Positions 1-11,848 are shown, counted from the stretch's first letter. The stretch is 32,028 bases of DNA from Jimgerdemannia flammicorona (GCA_003990765.1 RBNJ01000366.1:1-32028), one strand, 5' to 3'. Program-made: numbers and translations. The notes: a model not told the origin generated them from the letters alone.

Positions 1-131
1 ACTTCCCAACAATACCCCTTCACACAAATACTCCTAGTATAGCAATATCATGAATAGCGAATAAACCTATTTCATAACCCACAAACCACTCTTAAGTAAA
101 TCCGCTCTCTGTTAGGTCCTACTCCTAACCC

Positions 132-401
132 TGTCACGAAATTTCCTAATTGGGTATTGTCTGCAGCGATACGCCGATTCAACTAAGCTGGTCTTAGTTT
201 CTTGAACTTCCTGAAATACGGAAAATCCTGAACATCCAGAACTAGTCCGGAAAAGGACTTTGGTTGAGACGTCAACCCGATCTTGAAATCAATAAGCGTA
301 GAGGACGTACTCCATACGAAATTGATCTTGACCATAAGAAAACGGTCTTCCAGAATATCCAGAACTTCCAGAAAACCCTTCTAGAACTACGTAACGGTCA
401 C
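132..401. mobile_element. Candidate younger ~265-bp insertion (solo-LTR-like) inside the decayed gag region
   Basis: Keeps many CpGs while the DNA after ~400 has almost none. Ends TGTCACG (132) and CGTAACG (390-396) resemble LTR termini. Short direct repeats flank it (GTCAC 133-137/397-401, or ACCCT 128-132/400-404). The boundaries and TSD are ambiguous. Confidence 0.3.
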
Positions 402-2437
402 CCTAAAAAGTAACCCTATTACAGAAGACTACAGTAATCTAAACTTGTATCCTACTAAGGTTACTACTTGGAAAACAGTCTATCTAGCAGAGAAAAGGAA
501 GAGACCTGTAGAAAGACCATCCAGGAATATCAGCAGAAGAATCATCTAAAAGAAAGATGAAGAATATAAAGAGAAATAAGTAAAAATATCTCCCCAGACT
601 CCTTCACCTTTTGTCTCCAAAACAAATGAGCTATCACTAGAAGATGAAGAAATAGAATAAAAAAAATGAGAACCTGCTACTTCAAAGCCCAAAAAGAAGT
701 ATACCCTGAAGACTATATCTAGAGACATCTATAATAAAGTCTGGTAGAAGATTCAAGAGGCCAAGATGGAAGTCCCTCTTCTGCAGTTCCTATAACTAAT
801 ACCAGCTGGAGTTCAAAACAAATTACTGAGGACCACCAGATCCAGCACTGGCCAAGTTCCCATCCCACAGTAAGAGCCAGCTTCCATTCCTATTCAGGCT
901 ATAGAAAGATATATCAGCACTTACCTATATAGAGATATTAGAGAACAAAAGGCAAAAATTCTCATAGACATAGGAGCAGCTATCTATATTATTGCCAAAC
1001 AGTTCCTGGATACTCTCCAATAGCCTATTGATGGACCATTCAACCTCAGCATCATAGTAGCAGATGGAGTCTGAACTCAACCTCTCAGAGAAGTATGAAA
1101 TATCACTATCTTCCTTGGACACATTCAGTTCTCTATCCTGAAAGCTATTGTTACTGAAGCTATCACTTATGATATAATTCTTAGTACTAACTGAATGAAG
1201 AAAATAAATGCAGTTGTTAATATTGGTCAACAAGTACTCAAGTTTGACTACTAAGACAAGAAGTATAGAGTTAAGATGACCAGCTATAAGCAATTAAAGA
1301 AGAAGAAGAAGATTACTATTCAGGAGAAATATACCAGCAATAAAGAATCTACCACAGAAGAGGAGGAAGAATCTGAAGACAGAAATGACCCCAGACTCAA
1401 TCCCCAAATTAACTTAGTAGATGATAGACCAGAAGACAATATATGGGTCAAGAACACTGTCTCTATTATTATTGGAGCCATTGCAGGAGAAATCAAAAGA
1501 TGCCCCACCTGCCTCAAGAGATACAAGTACTCTGAGCACTCCTCCAAGATTATTGGGAAAAAGAATTCACCTGGTACAGCCTGCTCTGAGTGTAGAAAAA
1601 AGAAGAAAAAATACAGACATACTCCAGAAATATCTGCAGCCAAAGCTGTAGAAGTGCAAGCAATTTGGGGACAAGAATTATCTGAGGAAGAAGAAGTTCC
1701 TGACTAAGAAGTTCCTGACCAAAAAGTTCCTGAACAAGAAGTACTCGAAGAGGAAGAAGTCTCTGAACTTATTCTCTAGGATGACTCTTACTAGACACCA
1801 CCTAAAGAAAATGACCCTTAGAATATAGAAGAAGAACTCAGTATAATCACCATTATCTCCAAAAAAGAAACTCACCAAGAAAAAGCTTTTCAGCTAGGAA
1901 GATGTTCATACCAAATAGTCTTCTACTCTCCCCAAGACTACTGCTATCAGTATCATCTACTAGACCAATAGAAGAGACAGAGACCCCAGAGACCAGAACT
2001 CCTAAATATAGTTGTACAGTCAACTACCTTCTAAGAAGTTACTACCAAATTGCAAAGTCAATTCAGAGGACAAGACCTCTTTACCTAGACAGAAGTATAT
2101 CTCTTATCTACTCTTTTACTAACTTATGACCAAGATGGATACTAATTTCTGAGACAATAAGAGATCAATAACTAGGAACATCATTTCCAAGCAATGAGAT
2201 ATTGTAACCATAGAAGATACCCAGACTGCCAAGACTGCAGGCATCAGAAGATCCATCTCAGCCATGATGTTGTAATTCACACTTTGAAGAGAGGAGATAA
2301 CTGAAGCTAGATCCAAAAAAGCCAGACCAAAAAGCCAGGAATAAGAACCTATTGAGTGGAGTAACTCTGACCCAAATGAAGATATCAGTTTAGAAATTGA
2401 TGCTGAAGATGCTTATGCATATTGGAATTATGACTAA
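402..2437 (+). pseudogene. Decayed Ty3/gypsy-like Gag-aspartic protease polyprotein with a long non-RT C-terminal extension; 5' part continues upstream
   Basis: Frame +1 from 961 reads LIDIGAAIYIIAKQFLDTLQ*PIDGPFNLSIIVADGV*TQPLREV*...YDIILSTN*MKK. This is a retropepsin (LVDTGA...VADG...PLG...YDVILGTDWM) after reverting transitions. A Gag-like linker precedes it (IQEAKMEVPLLQFL*LIP, ~750-810). The same frame continues through ORF 1276-1707 (CPTC...CSEC) and, with a late frameshift, ends YAYWNYD-TAA at 2437. Confidence 0.8.
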
Positions 2438-2477
2438 AGGATAGTTTGAGGGCAGACCATTCTTTAGTAGAGACTGA

Positions 2478-4024
2478 TGTAATGAGCAACAGAATTATAT
2501 TACTGAAATCATAAATTAGCTATATACTATATCTAGTACACTAAGCAACCAAGACTGCTTTACTGTACCAATGTATATATTTAGCCAGAGATACCAGAAA
2601 CAGTATGTTTACCTATACCCTCAAGATATACCATACTCTTAAGATACACTATACCCTCAAGGTACACTGTACTCTTAAGAAACACTTGCTATAGTTAGTA
2701 ATCTATAGTTAGTAATATAGTAACCTATAGCAACCACAACTGTATAAATTACCCCAGAGACAAGAGTGAATAAAACCTCAGTCCAAAATTAAATCTAAAG
2801 TGATAGTATTCCTTTTTTACTCCAGTCCACTTTCTGATATAAAAGATTGATATGCTTACCAGACTAAGTCTGAAGAATCTGCTACTTAAAGAATAAGCTA
2901 TACTATTGGTATATTTACCAGACTAAGCCTGAAGAATCTGCTGCTTAAGAAATAAGCTATGCTATTAGTATACTTATCAGACTAAGCCAGAAGAGAAGAG
3001 TCTAAATTAAATCCAAAGCAAAAGTCAAGTCTGCCTACTATACTTTGAGAGTAACTCTATAGCCACTGCTAGGAGATTGTAAGCAAAGCATTCCTTTCCA
3101 CTCTAGTCCACTTTCTGATATAAAGAAGAGTTGTTATATTTTTGGTTTACTTACTAGATAAGCCTGAAGTTTGTCACCAAGTTCAAGAAAGAACTTTACT
3201 GCTATTTCTAAGTTATTTATCACATTCTCAGAAAGCTACCTTGCTTAAGCCAGTTTCTAATATAACTCACAGTGATCTATCATACAAATGAAGCCAGTCT
3301 TTAACATAACTTTGCTAAGAGACTCTTTCCCAGTTAAAGTCACTGATTCAGGAAGAATCCACACCAACTGAATTATTTTTCAGTTGAAGCTACCATTTTC
3401 AAGAAGAAGTCCACTGATTCAGAATAATCTACATTATCCACTATTTTCAAGTTATCTATATTCTCAGAGAACTCTACTAATCTAGGAAGAATCTGCAATA
3501 TTCAAGTTATTTGAGCTATCTGAATTATTTATACCACCTAAGTAATATTCTCAGAAGTCTATTAATTTAGGAAGAATCTACAACATCTAAGTTATTTATT
3601 ATTCCCAGTGAGCCTAAGAAGAATTTGCTGCTAGTATAATTCTGATTTAGGAGAATCTATGCTAAATTGAGTTATCTATCAAATTATCAGAATATCTCAC
3701 ATAAGAAATCCATTGTGCTATAGAGATCATCATACTATATAAGAGATTATTACTCAGAAATCATATACTTTTAGAGATCACACTATATATGAATTTTTAC
3801 AATTCCCAGTTGACCTAAGAAGGAAATCTACTTATATACAAATCACCACTATATTTAGAGAATCATCTCAATAAGGAAATCACTTACAGATATCCAGCTT
3901 TGACCATTATACCACTAAATACCAAGAACACTTTATTGCTTTTAACAAAGTAACTGGGGGCTTAAGCCAAACTACACTAACTCTCAACCTTATAATTTGT
4001 CTCTATTGAGCCAGATATGTTATA
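2478..4024 (+). mobile_element. Probable 3' LTR of the Gag-protease element
   Basis: Follows the ORF stop and a purine-rich PPT-like tract (AGTAGAGACTGA, 2466-2477). Starts TGTAATG and ends TGTTATA, both derivable from TGTAACG...CGTTACA by transitions. Contains TATAAAT (~2743), AATAAA (~2768), 18-bp repeats (~2612-2686) and ~59-bp repeats (~2858-2990). The 39-bp array begins mid-unit at 4025. The 5' LTR is outside the window, so this is unconfirmed. Confidence 0.45.
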
Positions 4025-5738
4025 GTATAGTTATCAATTTCTGTTACTGAATTGACTCTTACTTATATTCTCACATTCCTTTAGACTTCCTTTAGTATTG
4101 CTAGAGTAAGTAGAGAGAGCTTTATTTTTTGAAGTAGTCTGGAGAAAAGATGTTAGCATAGTTATTGATTTTTATTACTAAAGAAGAGAGGTTGATATAG
4201 TTATTAATTTTTATCACTTGAGAAGAGAGATTGGTATAGTTATCAATTTTTGTTTTTGTTACTAGAGAAAGAAGGTTAATATAGTTATCAATTTTTATTA
4301 CTAAATTGACTCTTACTTATATTCTTATATTTCTTTAGACTTTCTCTAGTATTGTTAGAGTAAGTAGAGAGAGCTTCAGTTTTTGAAGTAGTCTAGAGAA
4401 AAGAGATTGATATAGTTATTGATTTTTGTTACTAAAAAAGAGAGGTTGGTATAGTTATTGATTTTTATCACTGAAGAAGAGAGTTTGGCATAGTTATTGA
4501 TTTTTGCTACTAGAAAAGAGAGGTTGATACAGTTATCAATTTTTGTCACTAGATTGACTCTTATTTATATTTTTATATTTCTTTAGACTTTCTCTAGTAT
4601 TGTTAGAGTAAGTAGAGAGAGCTTCAGTTTTGAAGTAGTCTGAAGAAGAGAGATTGATATAGTTATTGATTTTTATTACTAGAGAAGAGAGGTTAGTATA
4701 GTTATTAATTTTTATTACTGGAGAAGGAAGGTTGATATGATTATCAATTTTTGTCACTAGAGAAGGGAGGTTGTCATGGTTATTCTAGAGAAGAAAGGTT
4801 GACATAGTTATTGATTTTTATTACTGAAGAAAGGAGGTTGGTATAGTTATCAATTTTCATTACTAGATTGATTCTTACTTACATTCTTATATTTTTTTAG
4901 ACTTTCTCTAGTATTGCTAGAGTAAGTAGAAAGAGCTTTAGTTTTTGGAGTAGTCTAGAGAAGAGAGGTTGATATAGTTATTGATTTTTATCACTAGAGA
5001 AGAGAGATTATCATAGTTATTAATTTTTGTTACTAGAGAAGAAAGGTTGGTACAGTTATTAATTTTTGTCACTGAAGAAGAAAAATTAGCATAGTTATCA
5101 ATTTTTGTTACTAGAGAAGAGAGGTTGATATAGTTATTAATTTTTATTACTAAAGAAGGAAGATTAGTATAGTTATTAATTTTTATCACTAAGTTGACTC
5201 TTACTTATATTCTTATATTCCTTTAGACTTCCTCTAGTATTGCTAGAGTAAGTAGAGAGAGCTTTAGTTTTTGGAGTAGTCTAGAGAAGAGAGGTTGGCA
5301 CAGTTATCAATTTTTGTTACTGAAGAAGAGAGATTGGCATAATTATTAATTTCTGTCACTAAGAAGAAAGGTTGGCATGGTTATTGATTTTCATCACTGA
5401 ATTAACTCTTACTTATATTCTCATATTCCTTTAGACTTCTTTTAGTATTACTAGAGTAAGTAAAGAAAACTTTAGTTTTTAGAGTAGTCTGGAGAAGAAA
5501 GATTGATATGATTATTAATTTTCATTATTATTATTATTATTATTTTTTAATAGAAATTTTCATTACTGTTATCAATTTTTATTACTAGAGAAGAGAGATT
5601 AGTACAGTTATTGATTTTTGTTACTAAAGAAAGGAGATTGGTGTAGTTATCAATTTTTGTCATTAGATTGACTCTTACTTATATTTTTTTACATATACTT
5701 ATATTCTTTTAGCATCACTAGAGTAGATCTGATCTTAT
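4025..5738 (-). repeat. Left arm: modular tandem array of 39-bp units interspersed with a ~92-bp module
   Basis: The unit CTAGAGAAGAGAGGTTGATATAGTTATTGATTTTTATCA (39 bp) repeats many times. The module GATTGACTCTTACTTATATTC...GAGTAAGTAGAGAGAGCTT...GAAGTAGT recurs near 4050, 4305, 4550, 4865, 5190 and 5400. Confidence 0.9.
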
Positions 5739-5832
5739 TATACATATACTCTTTTAGACTTTTCTAATACTTTAATTTATTTGAAATATTATTATATTAA
5801 ATATAAAGTTATTTAAACTATAAATTATAATA

Positions 5833-5906
5833 TTATTTATTTATTTTTCTTTCTTTTTTCATACTTCTTTTCTTCAAATTTCTTTTTTCTATTGTTTCTC
5901 TTTTTT

Positions 5907-5978
<72 letters not shown>

Positions 5979-7701
5979 CTTCTTTTTTTCTTTCTTTTTC
6001 TTTTTGTTTTTTAAAAATTTCATATATTGCATTAGCTATTAATAAATAAGTATATATAAATTGTTTATATCTTATTGATTCTTTATTATTCAACTATAGT
6101 AATTTAGATAGTTATACTAGATATTTGAATATAGTTACTAATGATATTGTTCTAAAATACTTCAATCTTGATTTTCTTCTTTAAGTAATATTAATTCATT
6201 CTTTTAAAGAGTTTACTTTTTATTTTAATAGTTTTATCTCATTTTTTAATATTAAAAATTAAGTGAGTTGAGAATGAGATTAAGGTTAAGATTGAAATTG
6301 AAATTGAAATTGAAATTGAGGTTGAGGTTGAGATTGAGGTTGAGGTTGAGATTGAGATTGAGATTGAGATTAAGATTGAGGTTGAGGTTGAAATTGAGAT
6401 TGAGATTGAGATTGAGAATATTGAAGAAGTTGAGACTAAAAAGATTAAGACTAAAGAGATTGATATTGAGATTGAAGAGGTATAAAATACTGAGTTGATA
6501 GAGATAATACTAATAGATAGTATTAGAATTAACTGACCAAGCACTAGTATATTTATATGTTTTGATAATTCTTTCAGCTATATAGATCTTTAAGTAAGCT
6601 TTACTAAATAGTCTTGCAAAGATATATTTAGTAACTATAGCTCTATTGTTTGTATTATAATATGTATTGATTACAAGTACAATCAAATTCAGACTTCAAA
6701 GTTTTAAAAGAAAGCTTATAGGGCTATAATAAATATATTATATTTGAAGATAATACTAATAGCAAAATATTATTAGCTCTGCAAGCTTTAATAGTTAAAA
6801 GATTGATATGACTTTTATATCTATTAAGTATAAGTAAAATAGATTTTATTAATTCAGATCTTATTGGTAAAATTGATTGAATAAAATGCTGAATATACTG
6901 ATCAAAGAGATTTTTTTATATATATCTCTTTTCAGTAAATCCCATAACTATTCCAGATGATACTCTATCTAATAGATCTTAAATTACTCTTTTTCTTTAT
7001 AGATAATTAATAGTAATAATATAGCATCAGTAGCTAAAATTATTACATACATATATAGATAGAAATATATTCTGTTATATTTATTATTGCTAATTTAGAT
7101 ACTTAATGAGTACCTTTTTTAGATAAGATAGACTGAAGCTCTCTCTTCATATTGAATTCAATTTTATCTATATTTCATATCTAATTAGTAGTAAGAGAAT
7201 ATTTATTAATTAACTTTTAAAGTTTATCAAAATAATTATAGATAATAATAAGATTGCCTTTTTGAGCTCTTGCTATTATAAGTATTGAGACTTTCTAAAT
7301 GATATATTTGAATGATTATTAAGAAATCTCTCCCACTAAGCTTGTTTAGGCTCTTTTTTAGAAAAAAGATATTACTTATTTTTAATCATCTCTAAGACTA
7401 TATAATTGACTAAAGATTTTATTAAGCCAAATCTAAGTTGTTATATATTTAAATAATATCTAATAAGTTCATCTTTCTCTTCAATAGTTAAAATAGTTTT
7501 AAGATCTAAATAATCAGAGACTCTATCTTTTAAAGCTTGATATAAAGCTATTTTCTGAATTCCAAATCTTCTAGTAACTCTATAAATACTAGAAGAATCT
7601 GAAGAATTCTGATAATACTATACTGTTTTTTTAATAACTTTCTTTTGATCTAACAGAGCCTTATTTTGATCAGACAGAGTCTTATTTCAACTTAGTAACA
7701 T
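5833..7701 (-). pseudogene. Decayed pogo/Fot1-like (Tc1-mariner superfamily, DDE_1) transposase
   Basis: Manual - strand translation from ATG 7701 gives an HTH region (SIYRVTRRFGIQKIALYQAL), a CENP-B-type HTH (LTIEEKDELIRY...LRFGLIK...A*WERFLNNHSNISFRK), I*NIDKIEF (=IWNMDETGF, D at 7168-7166), LLILNRYKSH (=LLILDGHKSH), LSSNIIYLL*P (=LPPNTTHLLQP), TSAWSVNSNTI (=TGxWPxNP) and a K/E-rich tail (ORF 5833-6093). Several stops and frameshifts. Confidence 0.9.
6270..6480 (+). repeat. Hexamer microsatellite (GAGATT/GAGGTT/GAAATT)n inside the transposase C-terminal linker
   Basis: Directly visible. It produces the spurious RLRLRL and ISISIS ORFs. Confidence 0.9.
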
Positions 7702-7717
7702 TATCTTACTCTAGAAA

Positions 7718-8357
7718 TATAAGATCAGTCCTACTCTAGAAATACTAGAGAAAATATAAATATATAGAAATATAAGTAAGAGTCAACTCTAGGTAATACT
7801 TTACCAATCTTCTTTCTTTAGTGACAAAAATTGATAATTACACCAACCTTCTTTTTCCAGACTACTTCAAAAACTGAATCTCTCTCTACTTACTCTAACA
7901 ATGTTAGAGAAAGTCCAAAGAAATATGAGTATAAGAGAATACAAGTGAGAGTCAATTCAGTAATAAAAATTAATAATTATACTAACCTTCCTTTTCCAGA
8001 CTACTCCAAAAACTGAAGCTCTCTCTACTTACTCTGACCATACTAAAGGAAGTCTAAAGGAATATAAAAATATAAATAAGAGTCAATCTAGTGATAAAAA
8101 TTAATAACTATACTAATCTCTCTTCTCTAGTAATAAAAATTAATTATTATACCAATCTCTCTTCTCTAGTAACAAAAATTAATAACTATATCAACCTTTC
8201 TTCTCCAGTGACAAAAATTAATAATTATACTAATTTCTCTTCTTTAGTAATAAAAATTGATAACTATATCAACTTTCCTTCTCTAGTAATAAAAATTGAT
8301 AACTATACTAATCTTCCTTCTCTAGATTACTTCAAAAACTAAAGCTCTCTCTACTTA
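7718..8357 (+). repeat. Right arm (part 1): inverted copy of the 39-bp/92-bp modular array
   Basis: ATAAGATCAGTCCTACTCTAG...ATATAAGTAAGAGTCAA at 7718-7786 matches the reverse complement of ~5665-5738. The same KINNYTNLSSLV pseudo-ORFs appear on the opposite strand to the left arm. Confidence 0.9.
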
Positions 8358-10547
8358 TTTTTTTTATTTTATTTTATTTTTTTTCTATAGGCTATAGTCT
8401 CATTTATTAACTATCTATAACATGCTACATATCCTCAGTAGCCCCATTCCACCCCAATCTCAACCCACCTTCACACTTACTTAGTCTTGTATCTTTAGGG
8501 TATAAGTTATGACCTCACTGCCTAAGTAACTAGATCCTCTTATCCAGCTTACCCCACTCAGTAGGTATGAGTTGTGAGCTCTAACTATCTTAAGTACTTA
8601 GCATCTAGTGCACCTGACCTACCCCTATTAGTACCTTCTGTCTTGTCCATCTAGCCCATCTTATCTATCTTGCCTATCTTGTCTATCTGTATTATCTGTG
8701 TTACCTATATTATCATCTTGCCATCTTGCCTGTCTTGTCCATCTTATCTGTCTTACCTGTCTTGCCTATCTTGCTCACCCATATTGTCTGTATTACCCAT
8801 ATTGCCCATATTATCTGTGTTGCTTGTATTGTCTGTTTTGCTCATTTTGCCCATCTTACCCATATCATCTGTCTTGCCATCTACCCATCTTACTCATATT
8901 ACCCATCTTGCCATCTTGCCTGTCTTATCCATCTTGTCTATCTTGTCTACCCATCTTACCATCTTGCCTGTCTTATCCATCTTGCCTATCTTGTCCACCC
9001 ATGTTGCCTATGTTGCCCATATTACCTATATTGCCTATATTGTCCATATTGTCTATATTGTCTATATTGCCTATGTTACTTGTCTATATTGCCTATATTG
9101 CCTATTTTATCCATTTTGCTCATTTTGCCCATTTTGCCCATATTGCCTGTCTTGCTGTCTACCCATCTTACTCATATTACCCATCTTGCTGTCTTGCTGT
9201 CTTGCCCATCTTGCCTATCTTGCCCATCTTGCCTGTCTTGTCCATCTTGCCTGCCTTATCTGTCTTATCTGTCTTATCTATATTGCCTATCTTATTGTCT
9301 TACCATCTTACTCATCTTACCCATCTTATCTATCTTGCTTGTCTTGCCTATCTTGCTTACCTGTATTGTCTGTATTACCTATATTATCTGTATTGCTCAT
9401 ATTATCTGTCTTGCCATCTGTCCATCTTACCTATATCACCCATCTTGCTGTCTTACCTGTCTTGCCTATCTTGCCTATCTTGCCCACCCATGTTATCTGT
9501 ATTGCCTATGTTGTCTATGTTGCCTATATTGTCCATGTTATTTATATTGTCTATATTGTCTATATTACCTGTATTGCCTACTTGTATTATCTGTATTGCC
9601 TATGTTGTCCATTTTGTCTATTTTATCTATTTTGCCTATCTTACTTATATCATCTGTCTTACTATCTACCCATCTTGTCCATGTTACTCATCTTGCTATC
9701 TTGCTATCTTGCCCATCTTATCCATCTTGCCTGTCTTGCCTATCTTGTCTGTCTTATCCATCTTACCTATCTTGCCCATATTGCCCATCTTATTATCTTG
9801 CCATCTTGCTTGTCTTGCCCATCTTACCCATCTTACCTATCTTGTCCATCTTACTCACCCATGTTGTCCATGTTACCCATATTACCTATATTGCCCATAT
9901 TGCCCATATTGCTTATATTGCCTATATTGTCTATTTTGTCTATTTTGCCTATATTATCTATCTTGCCATCTATTTGTCTTGCTTATATTGCCCATCTTGC
10001 CATCTTGTCATCTTGCTCATCTTGCCCATCTTGTCTATCTTGCTTATCTTGCCTATCTTGCCTATCTGTATTATCTGTATTGCTTATGTTATCTATATTA
10101 TCTATATTGCCTATATTGTCCATATTACTTATATTGCTCATTTTGCCTATATTGTCTATTTTGTCCATCTTGCCCATATTGTCCATCTTATTGTCTGCCC
10201 ATCTTGTCTCTGTCATCTGTCTTGTCATCTTGTTCATCTTGCTCATCTTATCTATCTTACCTCTCTTGCTCCTCTTACCTATCTTGTCATCTTATCTGTC
10301 TTGCCATCTTATTATCTTACTATCTTACCATCTTGCTGTCTTACCATCTTGCTCAAAATTCTTGAAATCTTTATAACTTGCTGAAACTAGAAGCTATAGT
10401 CATACCAAAAAGACCAAGTGGGACTCCTATATCTAAGAAATGAGGTATACCTGTCAGTGCTCCTTGAAGTCTATACATACTTATAGCCTTCAAAACTTAA
10501 GATACTCACCCTTCTGGTGACTTAGATGTGTGGATCAATCTTGACTA
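8358..10547 (-). mobile_element. Poly(A)-tailed retroposed insertion (5'-truncated LINE/SINE-like or retrocopy) with a 10-bp TSD
   Basis: TCTCTACTTA is duplicated at 8348-8357 and 10548-10557, splitting one 92-bp module. A T-rich tract at 8358-8384 is a poly(A) tail on the - strand, and AATAAA lies on the - strand at 8408-8403. No RT motif was recognised. Confidence 0.7.
8635..10352 (+). repeat. ~1.7 kb degenerate 9-mer array (GCCCATCTT/GCCTGTCTT/GCCTATCTT/GCCTATATT) with roughly 0.5 kb higher-order periodicity
   Basis: Directly visible. The variants are the CA, TG and TA decay products of an ancestral GCCCGTCTT/GCCCGTGTT. Similar blocks recur about three times. Confidence 0.9.
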
Positions 10548-10690
10548 TCTCTACTTACTCTGACAATACTAGAGAAAGTTTAAAGGAATATGAGAATACA
10601 AGTAAGAGTCAATCCAGTGATAAAAATTAATAACTATACTAATCTCTCTTTTTTAGTGATAAAAATTAATAACTACATCAATCTCTCTTT
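10548..10690 (+). repeat. Right arm (part 2): continuation of the inverted modular array after the retroposed insert
   Basis: TCTCTACTTACTCTGACAATACTAGAGAAAG...GTAAGAGTCAATCCAGTGATAAAAATTAATAACTATAC resumes exactly where the module was cut at 8357. Confidence 0.85.
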
Positions 10691-11432
10691 TCAGCTTTCA
10701 TCTATTTTTAGCTATTCTTTATAAGTATGATAGTTGCAAGTATAATAATTAGTATAGATAATGACCTCACTAACTCAATATGGTTAGTTTGTTTCTTAAC
10801 TTAAAAAGACAGTTACTTGATAATTATAATGAATATCAAGTATTCTTCTATATATTTTACTTGACAATAATAGTAACAGAAGGTATATATATCAGTTTTA
10901 GTACTTAGTACTTTCTCTTAGTTTTGAAATATTTTATTCTTCTCAATTTACCTGTTATTATTGCTTCACTGCTCTATTACTCTTTTTTTTTAACTAACTG
11001 CTTTACTACTCCACCTCTTCTCTGTTTACTACTCTACTTTACTGCTTTACTATTTACCTTGAGTTAGGCTCAGATAGACAGATTTGATCATTAATAGTTA
11101 TTATTAGTATTATATTATTATAGCCCAACTTATTATATACTAAGACTCTCTAAAGACTATAAAAACAGAGGACTTCTCAAAGTCTTGAGTCTTGGCAAAG
11201 TGAATGATTGGTTTCTACTACTGTGGCTGCTCTTGAGGTCTAGAGTAAGTACTAAAAGAAAGAGAGACTGAGAGATTACTAAGAATATTGCTGAGATTGC
11301 TGAGAAGAGTTGTTGAGAACATTATTACTATTACTAATAGACCTCAAGATAGTATATAGTAAAATAGATAAATTAGAATCAGTATTACAAACTGAGATCT
11401 ACTTTAGAAAGAGACATATCTTTTTGAGTCTC

Positions 11433-11840
11433 AAAGATATAAAATAACATAAAAGATATAGAATAGTATAAAAGATATAGAATAGTATAAAATGTATAAA
11501 ATGTTATAAAATATATAGAATAGTATAAAAGACATAAAATAGTGTAAAAGATATGAAATAGCATAAAAGATACAAAATGATATATATAAAAGACATAGAA
11601 TAGAGAATAACATAAAAGATATAAAAGATAGGAAATGATATAGTATAAAAGGTAAAAAATAGTATAAAATATAAGAAATAGTATAAAAGATAAAAAATAG
11701 TATAAAATATAAAGAATAGTATAAAAGATGAGAAATAGTATAGAAAACAGAAAACAGTATGAAAGATAGAGAATAGTATAAAAGATAGAGAATAATATAA
11801 AAGATAAAAAATAATATAAAAGATAAAGAACAGTATAAAA
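11433..11840 (+). repeat. ~20-bp minisatellite (AAAGATATAGAATAGTATAA)n, about 20 copies
   Basis: Directly visible 20-bp periodicity. It explains the F/Y/I/L-rich - strand ORFs. Confidence 0.9.
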
Positions 11841-11848
11841 GGTGAGAT

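Noticed and set aside
4025..5738. Regular repeats resembling a CRISPR array, and KINNYTNLSSLV repeat ORFs
   Set aside because: No unique spacers, eukaryotic context and no cas genes. The units are tandem and belong to transposon arms.
6239..6544. RLRLRL and ISISIS ORFs; possible telomeric repeat
   Set aside because: A degenerate hexamer inside the transposase linker, not TTAGGG and not terminal.
8670..10384. Three overlapping 552-568 aa ORFs
   Set aside because: Artefact of a stop-free 9-mer array; low-complexity in all three frames.
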